Shown here one piece after another: positions 35,988-45,205 of a stretch of DNA of 64,000 nt (positions are counted from its first letter, which is position 1; every line of letters begins with the position of its first letter). The stretch covers positions 34,305 to 98,304 of the IMG/VR virus record IMGVR_UViG_3300033146_002768; one strand, written 5' to 3'. Below the pieces are notes generated by a model. The model ran no database searches. It saw only the letters and a program-made list of their open reading frames with translations, and was not told the DNA's origin. The translations under genes and the position numbers were made by a program. The DNA comes from a virus.

Positions 35988-37625
35988 ATGAATGCAATTA
36001 TGAATAAACAACAAAAGGTACAACAATCAGCTCAACGTTATGTACAAGAGTGGATGAAATGTAAAAATTCATTTGATTATTTTTGTTCTAAATATATATT
36101 AATAGAAATGCCTGGTGGAGATATACCATTAAATCCATATAGACCACAATCAGAACTTATTAAAGCTATAAATAAAAAACATTATGTATTAGTATTAAAA
36201 TCAAGACAGATCGGTATATCAACTATTATTCAAGCTTATTCTGCTTGGTTGGCAACATTCTTTGATAATGTTGTTATAGGGATTGTTTCAAAAGATGGTA
36301 AGGAAGCAACCGACTTTGCAAGATTCATTAGAGGAATGATAGAGAAGTTACCTAAATGGATGGGTGCAATATTTGATAAAAAGACTGAGCAATCATTTAT
36401 TTTAACTAATGGTGCAAAAGTATATGTTTCACCTGTTAATCCTAATGCTCCAGAGAAAACCCTTCGTGGTAAGGCAATTACATTCTTAGTAATAGATGAG
36501 GCAGCTTTTATTAAATTTCTTGATACTGCTTGGACGTCAATGATTCCTGCATTATCTACTAATCAGATGCATGCAAGAAAAGCTAATGTTCCATATGGTA
36601 CTGTAGTATTATCAACACCAAATAAAACAGTTGGTCCTGGTAAATGGTTCTATGAAAAATATCAAAGAGCAGTTGGTGGTGATGATATATTTACAGAATT
36701 TACAATACATTGGAGAGATGTAAAAGAATTATCTGATGATCCAGGTTGGTATGATACTCAATGTCAACTATTTGAAAATGATCCAAATAAAATTCAACAG
36801 GAGTTAGAACTTAAATTCCTTGCTACAACTGGGTCTTTTTATAATGATCAAGTAACTCAAATATTACAAGAGCTTGATACTGATCCAATAGAAAGAATTA
36901 AATTATTTAATGGCGAATTTTGGAGATTTAAACATGCTATTCCAAACACTCATTATATAATTGGAGTTGATACTGCACCTGAACATGGTGAGGATAAGTC
37001 AGCCATAACAATATGGGACTATCAACATTTAGAACAAGTGGCTGAATATCAAGGAAAATGTAGAGTTGTTGATTTTGTTAAAGTTGTTAAGGTTGCTGCT
37101 AGTCAATATCCTGGGACTATAGTAGTAGAGTCAAATTCATATGGTAATCATGTAGTTGAAGAAATGATGCGAAGTGAATTTTCTCATATGATGTATAAAG
37201 AATCAAGAGGTAATACAAAGGTTCCTGGTCTTCAAACAACTGCTAAAACAAGACCATTAATCATTGATGCTTTATATTCATTAGTAACAGAGTTTCCAGA
37301 AATTGTTAAATCAAAAAGATTAGTCCTTGAATTAATAGGACTTATTAGTAAACCGAGTGGAAGAGTAGAAGCTGATATAGGATGTCATGATGATATTGCA
37401 TTATCAGCGGGATTAGCTTTCTATGTTCATAAATATGATCCTGTATTAATGATGCAAAATAATACAGTAGCAAGCAATTTATTCACAGATGTTATGGCAT
37501 TAAATGATTATGGACCAGAAGTTATTAATGATACTTCTATTATGAGGCATGTCAAAGATAATTTAAGTAAACAAAAAGGTGTAATAAATACAATGGATTT
37601 CTTTTTTGGAGCTGATAGAGGATAA
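35988..37625 (+). CDS. terL: terminase large subunit
   Basis: Walker A-like VLVLKSRQIGISTII. Walker B FLVIDEAAF. C-terminal RNase-H-like nuclease region (IGVDTAPEHGEDKSAITIWD...CHDDIALS). Confidence 0.85.
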   Translation: MNAIMNKQQKVQQSAQRYVQEWMKCKNSFDYFCSKYILIEMPGGDIPLNPYRPQSELIKAINKKHYVLVLKSRQIGISTIIQAYSAWLATFFDNVVIGIVSKDGKEATDFARFIRGMIEKLPKWMGAIFDKKTEQSFILTNGAKVYVSPVNPNAPEKTLRGKAITFLVIDEAAFIKFLDTAWTSMIPALSTNQMHARKANVPYGTVVLSTPNKTVGPGKWFYEKYQRAVGGDDIFTEFTIHWRDVKELSDDPGWYDTQCQLFENDPNKIQQELELKFLATTGSFYNDQVTQILQELDTDPIERIKLFNGEFWRFKHAIPNTHYIIGVDTAPEHGEDKSAITIWDYQHLEQVAEYQGKCRVVDFVKVVKVAASQYPGTIVVESNSYGNHVVEEMMRSEFSHMMYKESRGNTKVPGLQTTAKTRPLIIDALYSLVTEFPEIVKSKRLVLELIGLISKPSGRVEADIGCHDDIALSAGLAFYVHKYDPVLMMQNNTVASNLFTDVMALNDYGPEVINDTSIMRHVKDNLSKQKGVINTMDFFFGADRG

Positions 37626-37628
37626 AAT

Positions 37629-38570
37629 ATGGATATTAAATTTAAAAATACTAGCATTCATCCAAGACTTGTTCAGGAATATAATGCAACTATTCAACAA
37701 GAGTTATTTGCATTGCCTATATTTCCTAAGAAAGTAGCTACATTACATGGTATGGATTTATATTCTTCTGAAAGTCTAAGGAATAAATATATTAATGCTA
37801 TGTATAATATTTCTAAAGTTAAACCAGTAGCTGCTGATATTGAAAGATTAGTAACATCTGGAAAGGTTGTTCCGTGTTGGATTAATAAAGGAATATTTAG
37901 ATTAGCAATATTTAAAAAGTTAGCACCTTATTCAGATCAAGGAATTGCTGGATTCTTTACTCCAAAATCAAAACAAGTTTTTATATTGATGGATAATAAC
38001 ATTAAATGGGGATTTGCTAAGGATAAATTCTTATCTGATTTAATGTTACATGAGTTAATGCATATGGCATCTGATAAATTTAGAAATGGATTCATTAAAA
38101 TGTTTTGGGATCTTTTATTAAAATATTATGTTGCATGTTTTGAAGAAATATTTAAAACTCAAAATCAAAATATAGAAAATGAATGTAAACTTATAATAAG
38201 ATTTTTATTTAAAAATTATGAATATAAAGAATTTACTTCATCAACATTAGAAAAATATTTACAATTAGTTAGTAGTAATTTTAGAAAGAAATCAAACATG
38301 AGTGAAAATGAATTTAATTCAGTGCTTACAGATTTCTATCATTATATTAAATTATACTTCAAAGATTTAAATTCTTTGTTTAGTCAAATAAGAAAATTCA
38401 CTCATATTTATAGAGGATTAACTAAAGGTTATTCTTCTGGATTAGGAGTTAATAATAATATGTCGTTCTGTAGTCAGGAATTATTTTTTCCATCAGAAGT
38501 CATAGCTATGTATATAGAATTATATAAAGGATCACCAAGCAAACCATTTTCTATTATTAAAAAACTATAG
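37629..38570 (+). CDS. hypothetical protein with an HExxH zinc-metallopeptidase-like motif
   Basis: LMLHELMHMA. Confidence 0.4.
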   Translation: MDIKFKNTSIHPRLVQEYNATIQQELFALPIFPKKVATLHGMDLYSSESLRNKYINAMYNISKVKPVAADIERLVTSGKVVPCWINKGIFRLAIFKKLAPYSDQGIAGFFTPKSKQVFILMDNNIKWGFAKDKFLSDLMLHELMHMASDKFRNGFIKMFWDLLLKYYVACFEEIFKTQNQNIENECKLIIRFLFKNYEYKEFTSSTLEKYLQLVSSNFRKKSNMSENEFNSVLTDFYHYIKLYFKDLNSLFSQIRKFTHIYRGLTKGYSSGLGVNNNMSFCSQELFFPSEVIAMYIELYKGSPSKPFSIIKKL

Positions 38571-38579
38571 AGGTAATAA

Positions 38580-41500
38580 ATGGCTGATAAAAGGTTAACT
38601 AAAAATGAAGCTGCTAGACAGATGGCTTCTGCAGACAAAAGAGTAAAAGGTATTAGTAGTATAGCTAATAGCGCTGTTAAAAGAGCTAAAACTTTAGATC
38701 TTAAAAAACAATATGGTACTACTAGTGGTAATAGACAAGCTGTAACGTCTGTTGATAAAGCTTTAAATAGTTTATCTAAGACTACTGAAGCATTAGCTAA
38801 AGGTGTTAAGCAAATTACTGTTGAAACTGCTAGAGGGATTAAACATATTACTACTTCTGGTGCACAAGCAATGGCAGAATATTCTAAAGCTATTGGGGAA
38901 GATATTCATATTAATAGACAAAATTTCATGGTAACAACTATAGGTAAATTTACACCGTTAGTAGGATATGCTGTTGCTAAGATGATGGAAACATCTGTAT
39001 TTAGAAATATGATTGATAAAATGAAACGAGGACTAAACAACGCATTAAATTCAGTTACTTCTAGATTTAAAAAATTAGCAATGCAAGGCTGGGAAAAAGG
39101 TAAAGAGTTTTGGAATTCTATGATGGATAGGATTTCAGGTAAGCGTGGAGCAGTAAAAACTCGAATGTCTAATGCTCGTAAAGCTAAAAAAGATAAAAGA
39201 TATTTCACTAAAGAAGCAGCTATGAAAGAGGCATTAGCGGATGCAAAGGTTGCACAAGCTGCTAGAAGAGCATCTAAAACAAGTGATATTGAAAAACAAG
39301 TTCCTCATATGGCGTCTGGTGGTTATGTACAAAAAGAAGGTTTAGCTAAGGTCCATGCGGCTGAAGTAGTACAACCAGTTGATAAAATTGTTGAGACTAT
39401 TGTTAAGACTGTAAATGAAAGACTTGATGCTAAAGAAAAGAAACAAAAAGATGGATTCTTCTCAGGATCTATGTTTGAGAAAAAGAAAGATCAAGACTTC
39501 TTTGGATTTAATAAAGTTGGTGAAAGTATTAAGAATGCTTTCCAGATTATGCAACGTAAGAATTTACAACTAGAAACAAGAGTTATGAAAAGAGATAAGA
39601 AACAAAGAACTGGTCTTATCAAAAGTTTCTTTAATGCATATTCAGAAGAAGCTAAGCAAGAAGAACTTCCATTAATGGAAAGACAAGTAAGAGCAACACT
39701 TGAATTGAAAAATACAATCTCAGGTGAAAACAAAACTGCTCAAGCTGCTTGGGAAAAGATGTTATACGAACATCCGTTCTTCCATGGTTTAACTTTAGTT
39801 GGTAAAGGTTTAAATAAAGCAATTGCATCTCCATTTTCTTTTATGTTTAGAAGACGTGGTAAATATGTAAATAATTTAAAGCGTGGCGGTACAGCATTTG
39901 AAAAAATGGTTGATATTCAAACTCAAACATATACTGGAATGATGGAGAAGTTTGATGATATTATCGCTAATACATATATAACAGCTCAAGCTACAGCAAC
40001 AACAGTTGATCCAAAAGCTAAACCTGATATTCGTAAAGCTCCTAGTCAATCTGGCTGGTCAGTTACAGGAATGATATATAAAGGGTTAGTTCAAAAACCT
40101 GCAGCAGCTATTGGTTGGGCAGCAAAAAAGTTAGGTTTTAAAAATAAACATCTAACTAATGAGAGAACATTAGGAGAAGAAGCTAAAAGCTTTGGTCGTG
40201 GTGCTAAATCAATTGGGGAAAGTACCCTGAGAGGCATCGGTAAAGGATCTAAGAAACTTTGGGATTATAATAAAAGAGCATTAATGGAAACAGAATCTCA
40301 AACTTATAATAGAAAATTATTAGAAGAAGCGACAAGAGTAAGAAAACAACAAGAACTAGTAGATTCAATTGTAAAAAGTCATGAGAGATCAAAAGAACAA
40401 TTAGCAAATGTACATGATAAATTGAATATGGCAGATAATTTAAAAGCAGGTATGTCTCCTAAAGATGCTGCTAATATAATGAGAAATAGAAAAGATAAAC
40501 GTAAAGGAAAAAGTAATAAAGTTGGTGAAAGTAATTTTGATGCTGCTGTTAGAGGAAGTGATGAATCTATAACAAAATCAAATAAAAAATTCTGGACTGA
40601 TAAACATAAAAAGAATACTGTACCATTTTCATCTGGAGGAAAAGATAGAAGTGGAGCTAAAACTGAAAAAGGTCAATTAGGTCAATTAGTTGATCTTGGT
40701 AAGAAAGAATTAACAACAAGTATTAAAGGTAATAAAATTGCACAAAGTACTGCTAAAGGATTATCTAAAATGGGCGGATTCTTTATGAGAATTTTTACAT
40801 TTTTAGGTAGTAGTCTTAGTGGTATAGCAACAATGTTAGGACCTGTACTTGCTACAATAATTGGTGGAGCATTAGCAGCAGCAGGTGGAGCCGCTATTGG
40901 TACAGCTATAAATAAATATATTGTTAGTCCTATATCTAAAAAGATGTTTGATAAACAAGATAAAAAAAATAGAAAAGCTGGCGGAACAGTTGATAAACAA
41001 GTAACTAGTGGCTATGATGCTTTAAAGCAATTTAGAGCAGGAGAAGGCACTAAAGAAGCAGCTCAAAAAGGTATCAATAAAGCTACATTGTTTGGTGGTA
41101 TCGGAAAACAAATGGAATCAGCAACTAACAATTATATTGGATGGAATGCTAGAGCTAAAAATAATTGGGGGTTAATTAAAGCTGGGTCTGCTGAATATTT
41201 AGAAGAAAATATTGGTGAGTATGGACCGTATGGTTGGGATCAAATTGATAAGTTAAGAACAAAATGGTCAGCAACTTATAAACAAGGAAAAGCTGGAAGA
41301 AATTGGCATGGTATGGGTAGAAAAAGAGAAATGAATTTTCTCAAGTATCTAAAAGCTCATGGCAAACCAATGACATCAGAACAAACAGCAGCTCAAGAAG
41401 CTAAACATTTTGGTGGTAAACATACCCAAATACAAACTGCAACTACCACTATTAGAAGTAACGCTTCAAAAACACCATCACCAGTAACATCGTCAATAAA

Positions 41501-42908
41501 CCCTGTTGGTAATAGAAGTAGTGCTTCAAAAGTTCCAACATCAACAGCAACAACAAAAGAAAAATTTGCTAATTTCCAAGCTACTGCAGCAACATATTTA
41601 CCTTTAGTAAATCAATTTGCTGGGAATACAACATCTGGTATGTTATTAGCTCAATTTGCTCAAAGTAAATTACAAGATGATCCTCATAAATTATATAATG
41701 CAGCTAAGGCAATTCAATCAGTAGGTAAATCTAACTGGATAAAATTTAGTAAAGATCCTGATACATATAAAGCTGCTGAAATGATTGTAAGTTCTAAAAA
41801 TGAATTGTTAAAAGGAAAAGGTTATATAACAGAAAAATATGATAGTTTATCTGGTAAAGTTAAAAAGGGATGGAATAATGCCAAGAAAAGTGTTGAAGAT
41901 GCTGGCGGCATTAAATCTAAAACAAGAGATATAGTAACTAACTTACCTGGTACATTATCGACTATGACTAGTAATGCTCAAATTTCTGCTGAAAAATTAT
42001 ACTATGATCCTAGAACTCAAAAGATAATTAAAGATATTAATGAAAAGGATGCAAAACAATTAATAGCAGAAGGAAAATTATTAGCTGGTACATCTGTAGA
42101 AAATTTAAAAATAAAATATGAAAAATGGGCAGAAAAAAATAATGTTGAAGAAAAAGTTGAATCACTTAAATCAAAAGCTCAAGGTTTATATGCTAAAGGA
42201 TTAGGAATAGCTGAAGATGTTAAAAATAATGCACCTGGTATGATATCAACAATGGCAAGTAATGTAATGGTTACTTTTGAAAAAATGGCTCAAGCATTTG
42301 GTGAAGATCCTCACCAGTTCTATTTAGATACTAAAGAAAAATTATGGGGTGGTATAACTTCAGTTAAAGAGTTTACTAAATCTTCTTATCATACATTACA
42401 TAATATGTATATAATGCAGAAATCTCAATTAGAGTGGGAAATAAGAAAGTATCAAGGTGATTTACCTTATGAAGTACCGCCAGAAGAAAAACCATTAGCT
42501 GCATCAATATCAGGAGCTATTGGTGGAGGATTAAGATTCCCAGGTCCTAAAGGAAAAGCTACAACATTCCAAGTAACTGGACATGGTGGAGAAAAATTAA
42601 TTATCGGTCCTTCCGAAGCTCGTGATATGGGAAATATGAGTAAAATGTCGTCTGCAGCTGTTGCTAAAATAAAATCAAGAGAAGATATATTTAAAGCAAT
42701 GTTAAGTCATGATATGGTTGAAGGTATAAAAGGAGTTAAAGATTCTGTTGACTCTGGAGCTAAATCAACCGCTAATGTATTCACGTCTAGTATAAATAGT
42801 ACTAATTCAGTAAATACTTCTAATACTAATCAAGGTGGCGGTGGACAAGCAATACCAAGATCTGTTGATCCACACCTAATAGAAATTTTAACTTGTGGTG
42901 TAACATAA
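38580..42908 (+). CDS. tape measure protein-like (1442 aa)
   Basis: Very long Lys/Ala-rich helical protein with a central hydrophobic/Gly-rich block (FMRIFTFLGSSLSGIATMLGPVLATIIGGALAAAGGAAIG). No enzymatic motifs. Confidence 0.5.
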   Translation: MADKRLTKNEAARQMASADKRVKGISSIANSAVKRAKTLDLKKQYGTTSGNRQAVTSVDKALNSLSKTTEALAKGVKQITVETARGIKHITTSGAQAMAEYSKAIGEDIHINRQNFMVTTIGKFTPLVGYAVAKMMETSVFRNMIDKMKRGLNNALNSVTSRFKKLAMQGWEKGKEFWNSMMDRISGKRGAVKTRMSNARKAKKDKRYFTKEAAMKEALADAKVAQAARRASKTSDIEKQVPHMASGGYVQKEGLAKVHAAEVVQPVDKIVETIVKTVNERLDAKEKKQKDGFFSGSMFEKKKDQDFFGFNKVGESIKNAFQIMQRKNLQLETRVMKRDKKQRTGLIKSFFNAYSEEAKQEELPLMERQVRATLELKNTISGENKTAQAAWEKMLYEHPFFHGLTLVGKGLNKAIASPFSFMFRRRGKYVNNLKRGGTAFEKMVDIQTQTYTGMMEKFDDIIANTYITAQATATTVDPKAKPDIRKAPSQSGWSVTGMIYKGLVQKPAAAIGWAAKKLGFKNKHLTNERTLGEEAKSFGRGAKSIGESTLRGIGKGSKKLWDYNKRALMETESQTYNRKLLEEATRVRKQQELVDSIVKSHERSKEQLANVHDKLNMADNLKAGMSPKDAANIMRNRKDKRKGKSNKVGESNFDAAVRGSDESITKSNKKFWTDKHKKNTVPFSSGGKDRSGAKTEKGQLGQLVDLGKKELTTSIKGNKIAQSTAKGLSKMGGFFMRIFTFLGSSLSGIATMLGPVLATIIGGALAAAGGAAIGTAINKYIVSPISKKMFDKQDKKNRKAGGTVDKQVTSGYDALKQFRAGEGTKEAAQKGINKATLFGGIGKQMESATNNYIGWNARAKNNWGLIKAGSAEYLEENIGEYGPYGWDQIDKLRTKWSATYKQGKAGRNWHGMGRKREMNFLKYLKAHGKPMTSEQTAAQEAKHFGGKHTQIQTATTTIRSNASKTPSPVTSSINPVGNRSSASKVPTSTATTKEKFANFQATAATYLPLVNQFAGNTTSGMLLAQFAQSKLQDDPHKLYNAAKAIQSVGKSNWIKFSKDPDTYKAAEMIVSSKNELLKGKGYITEKYDSLSGKVKKGWNNAKKSVEDAGGIKSKTRDIVTNLPGTLSTMTSNAQISAEKLYYDPRTQKIIKDINEKDAKQLIAEGKLLAGTSVENLKIKYEKWAEKNNVEEKVESLKSKAQGLYAKGLGIAEDVKNNAPGMISTMASNVMVTFEKMAQAFGEDPHQFYLDTKEKLWGGITSVKEFTKSSYHTLHNMYIMQKSQLEWEIRKYQGDLPYEVPPEEKPLAASISGAIGGGLRFPGPKGKATTFQVTGHGGEKLIIGPSEARDMGNMSKMSSAAVAKIKSREDIFKAMLSHDMVEGIKGVKDSVDSGAKSTANVFTSSINSTNSVNTSNTNQGGGGQAIPRSVDPHLIEILTCGVT

Positions 42909-42920
42909 GGAGATATAATT

Positions 42921-44102
42921 ATGGCTGATGGAATGTCTTTAGATGGAATGATTTTTGGAATGCCGCCAGGAACTCATGTAAGTGATAATGTAATGTTAAA
43001 TTCAATGCCTACTGCTGAAATAACTCCATGCGAACCTAAGTTTTCAAAAGGGTTATCTTTATTTACTTTAGATCCAGGAAAAGGATTAGAGAAATATCAA
43101 GAAATATTAAAGTCAGTAGGATTTAGTGTTACTGGTCCGTCTATTAAAGTTGCTTATTTAGCAGATAGTTTTCCAACTGATACTTTTAATAATGATTATG
43201 GAGAAACATTTTTAGATAAATTTGCTCAGGTTGCTTCTAGTGGATTAGGAGATTTAGCTCAGATAGCTGGATGGACAAATGCTGAACAAGCTAAAAGTCA
43301 AATGGATAACATAGGTCAAGCTATAGGCGGAAAAGCTTATACAGCAGGAAAAGGATTTGTTGGTGATAAGTTGAAAAGTGTGATGGGTGCATTAAGTCCT
43401 AGTAATCAAAAAATGGCTAAAAGTGTTGGAAAAACAATGGAATCAATGTTGACTGGTGGTAGAATTGATTTCCCTCAAGTTTGGAAAAATAGTAGTTTCC
43501 AACCATCATATAGTATGACAATTAGACTATACAATCCAGATCCTTCTAGTGATGAAGCAACTAAAAGATATATAGTTGGACCGATTGCAGCTTTAGTATC
43601 ATTAGGAGTTCCAAAGGTAGGTGAAGATGCTTCAACTTATAAGTGGCCACTAATGTGTAAAATAAAATCTCCAGGATTATATGAATTGCCTGCTGCATAT
43701 ATAAATAGTATAGCAGTAATAAAAGGTGGAGATCAACAAAGTATTGCTTATAATCAAAATATGGCTATGTGTGATGTTAGAATTGATTTTGGAAGTTTAT
43801 ATAATAGTATTTTAGCTGGAGCAAATAGTAGTAATTTTAGTGCAGATCGTCCTACATTAGGGTCTTATTTAGAAGCTATTGGTGGGAATCCTGCTGGTAA
43901 AGTTTCTATGGGTAAAAGAGATATATATGAAATTCATAATTGTAATATTCTTAAAAAAGCAAAAAAAGGACAAATTTCTGAGGAAATTAAAAAGAAAAAT
44001 CAAGGTATAGTTTCTAATGTTGATATGAAAACACCAGCTAATAATAGAGTAGATGAAAAAAAATCAAATATCTATCATGATTTACATTATGGAGGACGTT
44101 AA
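42921..44102 (+). CDS. hypothetical virion or tail-associated protein
   Basis: 393-aa ORF directly after the TMP-like gene. Confidence 0.45.
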   Translation: MADGMSLDGMIFGMPPGTHVSDNVMLNSMPTAEITPCEPKFSKGLSLFTLDPGKGLEKYQEILKSVGFSVTGPSIKVAYLADSFPTDTFNNDYGETFLDKFAQVASSGLGDLAQIAGWTNAEQAKSQMDNIGQAIGGKAYTAGKGFVGDKLKSVMGALSPSNQKMAKSVGKTMESMLTGGRIDFPQVWKNSSFQPSYSMTIRLYNPDPSSDEATKRYIVGPIAALVSLGVPKVGEDASTYKWPLMCKIKSPGLYELPAAYINSIAVIKGGDQQSIAYNQNMAMCDVRIDFGSLYNSILAGANSSNFSADRPTLGSYLEAIGGNPAGKVSMGKRDIYEIHNCNILKKAKKGQISEEIKKKNQGIVSNVDMKTPANNRVDEKKSNIYHDLHYGGR

Positions 44103-45199
44103 CAAATAGAATTTCTCATTGTCATTGTTAAATAATATGCTAAATACAAATTAATCAACGATTGTGTTTGTTTAGTTAATTTAGCATATTCTTTATCAAA
44201 TTTCATATCTTTAATAATAACTTGAAGTAATACACCTACCTGTTGTTTAAAATAAATTAAAGCTTTAGTTCTTTTAACAGCCATTAAACTACGAACATTT
44301 TTAAAAAATTCATCCCCGCATAAATGTCCTACCTGAGATAATTCCTTAACAAACAACTCAAGAATAAGTCTTAAATTATCTACATGTTTAATATTAGTTA
44401 CTCCCTTTGAAACAGAAGTAGCAAGAGATGCTCTTACTTTAGTTAATGATCTTGCATCGTTAACCGCTTTAGCATCTATAACTTTATAAACAGTTATACT
44501 TTTTATAACATCATTAATTACTCTACTTGATTTTTCTAATTGTTGATATTGTGTAGAGTCTTCATCATCTTTTGGATTTCTCATTGCTGATCCATCTTTA
44601 GCAGCTTTATAATATATCTCAGCGAAACTTTTAATACTTTGAGATATTCTAGTTCGACATTCAGTTATAAACTTAGCAATTCCATCAACACTACTTGCTT
44701 TAATATAAGTACTATATCTTTTATCCATCTCACCTGATAAATAAAATAATGATCCTGATATTGTTTTTTCTCTTGAAAATAAATGTGTTTTCGCTAAATG
44801 CTCTAAAGCATATTTAAATACATCTTCATTACAAAATTGCATTTGTTTATGCATTAGATTAGTATAGTTTCTAATGATATATAATATTAATGCTGACTTA
44901 TATGCCGCAGTTTGTCTACTCTTATTTAATACCCACATTAAAAATATATAAAAATTTGATATAGGATCTCTATGTAATTTCCATTTAGCCATAGGAGTAT
45001 CTTTATAAAATCTCTTAACAAATTCAGTTATATCTTTTTCTTTTAGTTTGCATATATACAATAATTCATAATAGTATTTTTTTAACGATGGATAATAACA
45101 TGGTTCTGTAAGAGAGGATAATTCAGTAGCTGTTATTTTATGTAAGCTTCTTTTAAGCTTTTGTAAATTAATAGTAGCTTGAGAAAGTAGTATTTCCAT
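44099..45199 (-). CDS. hypothetical protein (baseplate-module region)
   Basis: 366-aa ORF. Its stop overlaps the stop of the convergent + strand gene. Confidence 0.5.
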   Translation of the reverse strand: MEILLSQATINLQKLKRSLHKITATELSSLTEPCYYPSLKKYYYELLYICKLKEKDITEFVKRFYKDTPMAKWKLHRDPISNFYIFLMWVLNKSRQTAAYKSALILYIIRNYTNLMHKQMQFCNEDVFKYALEHLAKTHLFSREKTISGSLFYLSGEMDKRYSTYIKASSVDGIAKFITECRTRISQSIKSFAEIYYKAAKDGSAMRNPKDDEDSTQYQQLEKSSRVINDVIKSITVYKVIDAKAVNDARSLTKVRASLATSVSKGVTNIKHVDNLRLILELFVKELSQVGHLCGDEFFKNVRSLMAVKRTKALIYFKQQVGVLLQVIIKDMKFDKEYAKLTKQTQSLINLYLAYYLTMTMRNSIC

Positions 45200-45205
45200 A
45201 TTTTA

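Noticed and set aside
38580-42908. The 1442-aa protein as a virion-packaged RNAP
   Set aside because: No DxDGD, NADFDGD or two-barrel motifs. The composition fits a tape measure protein.
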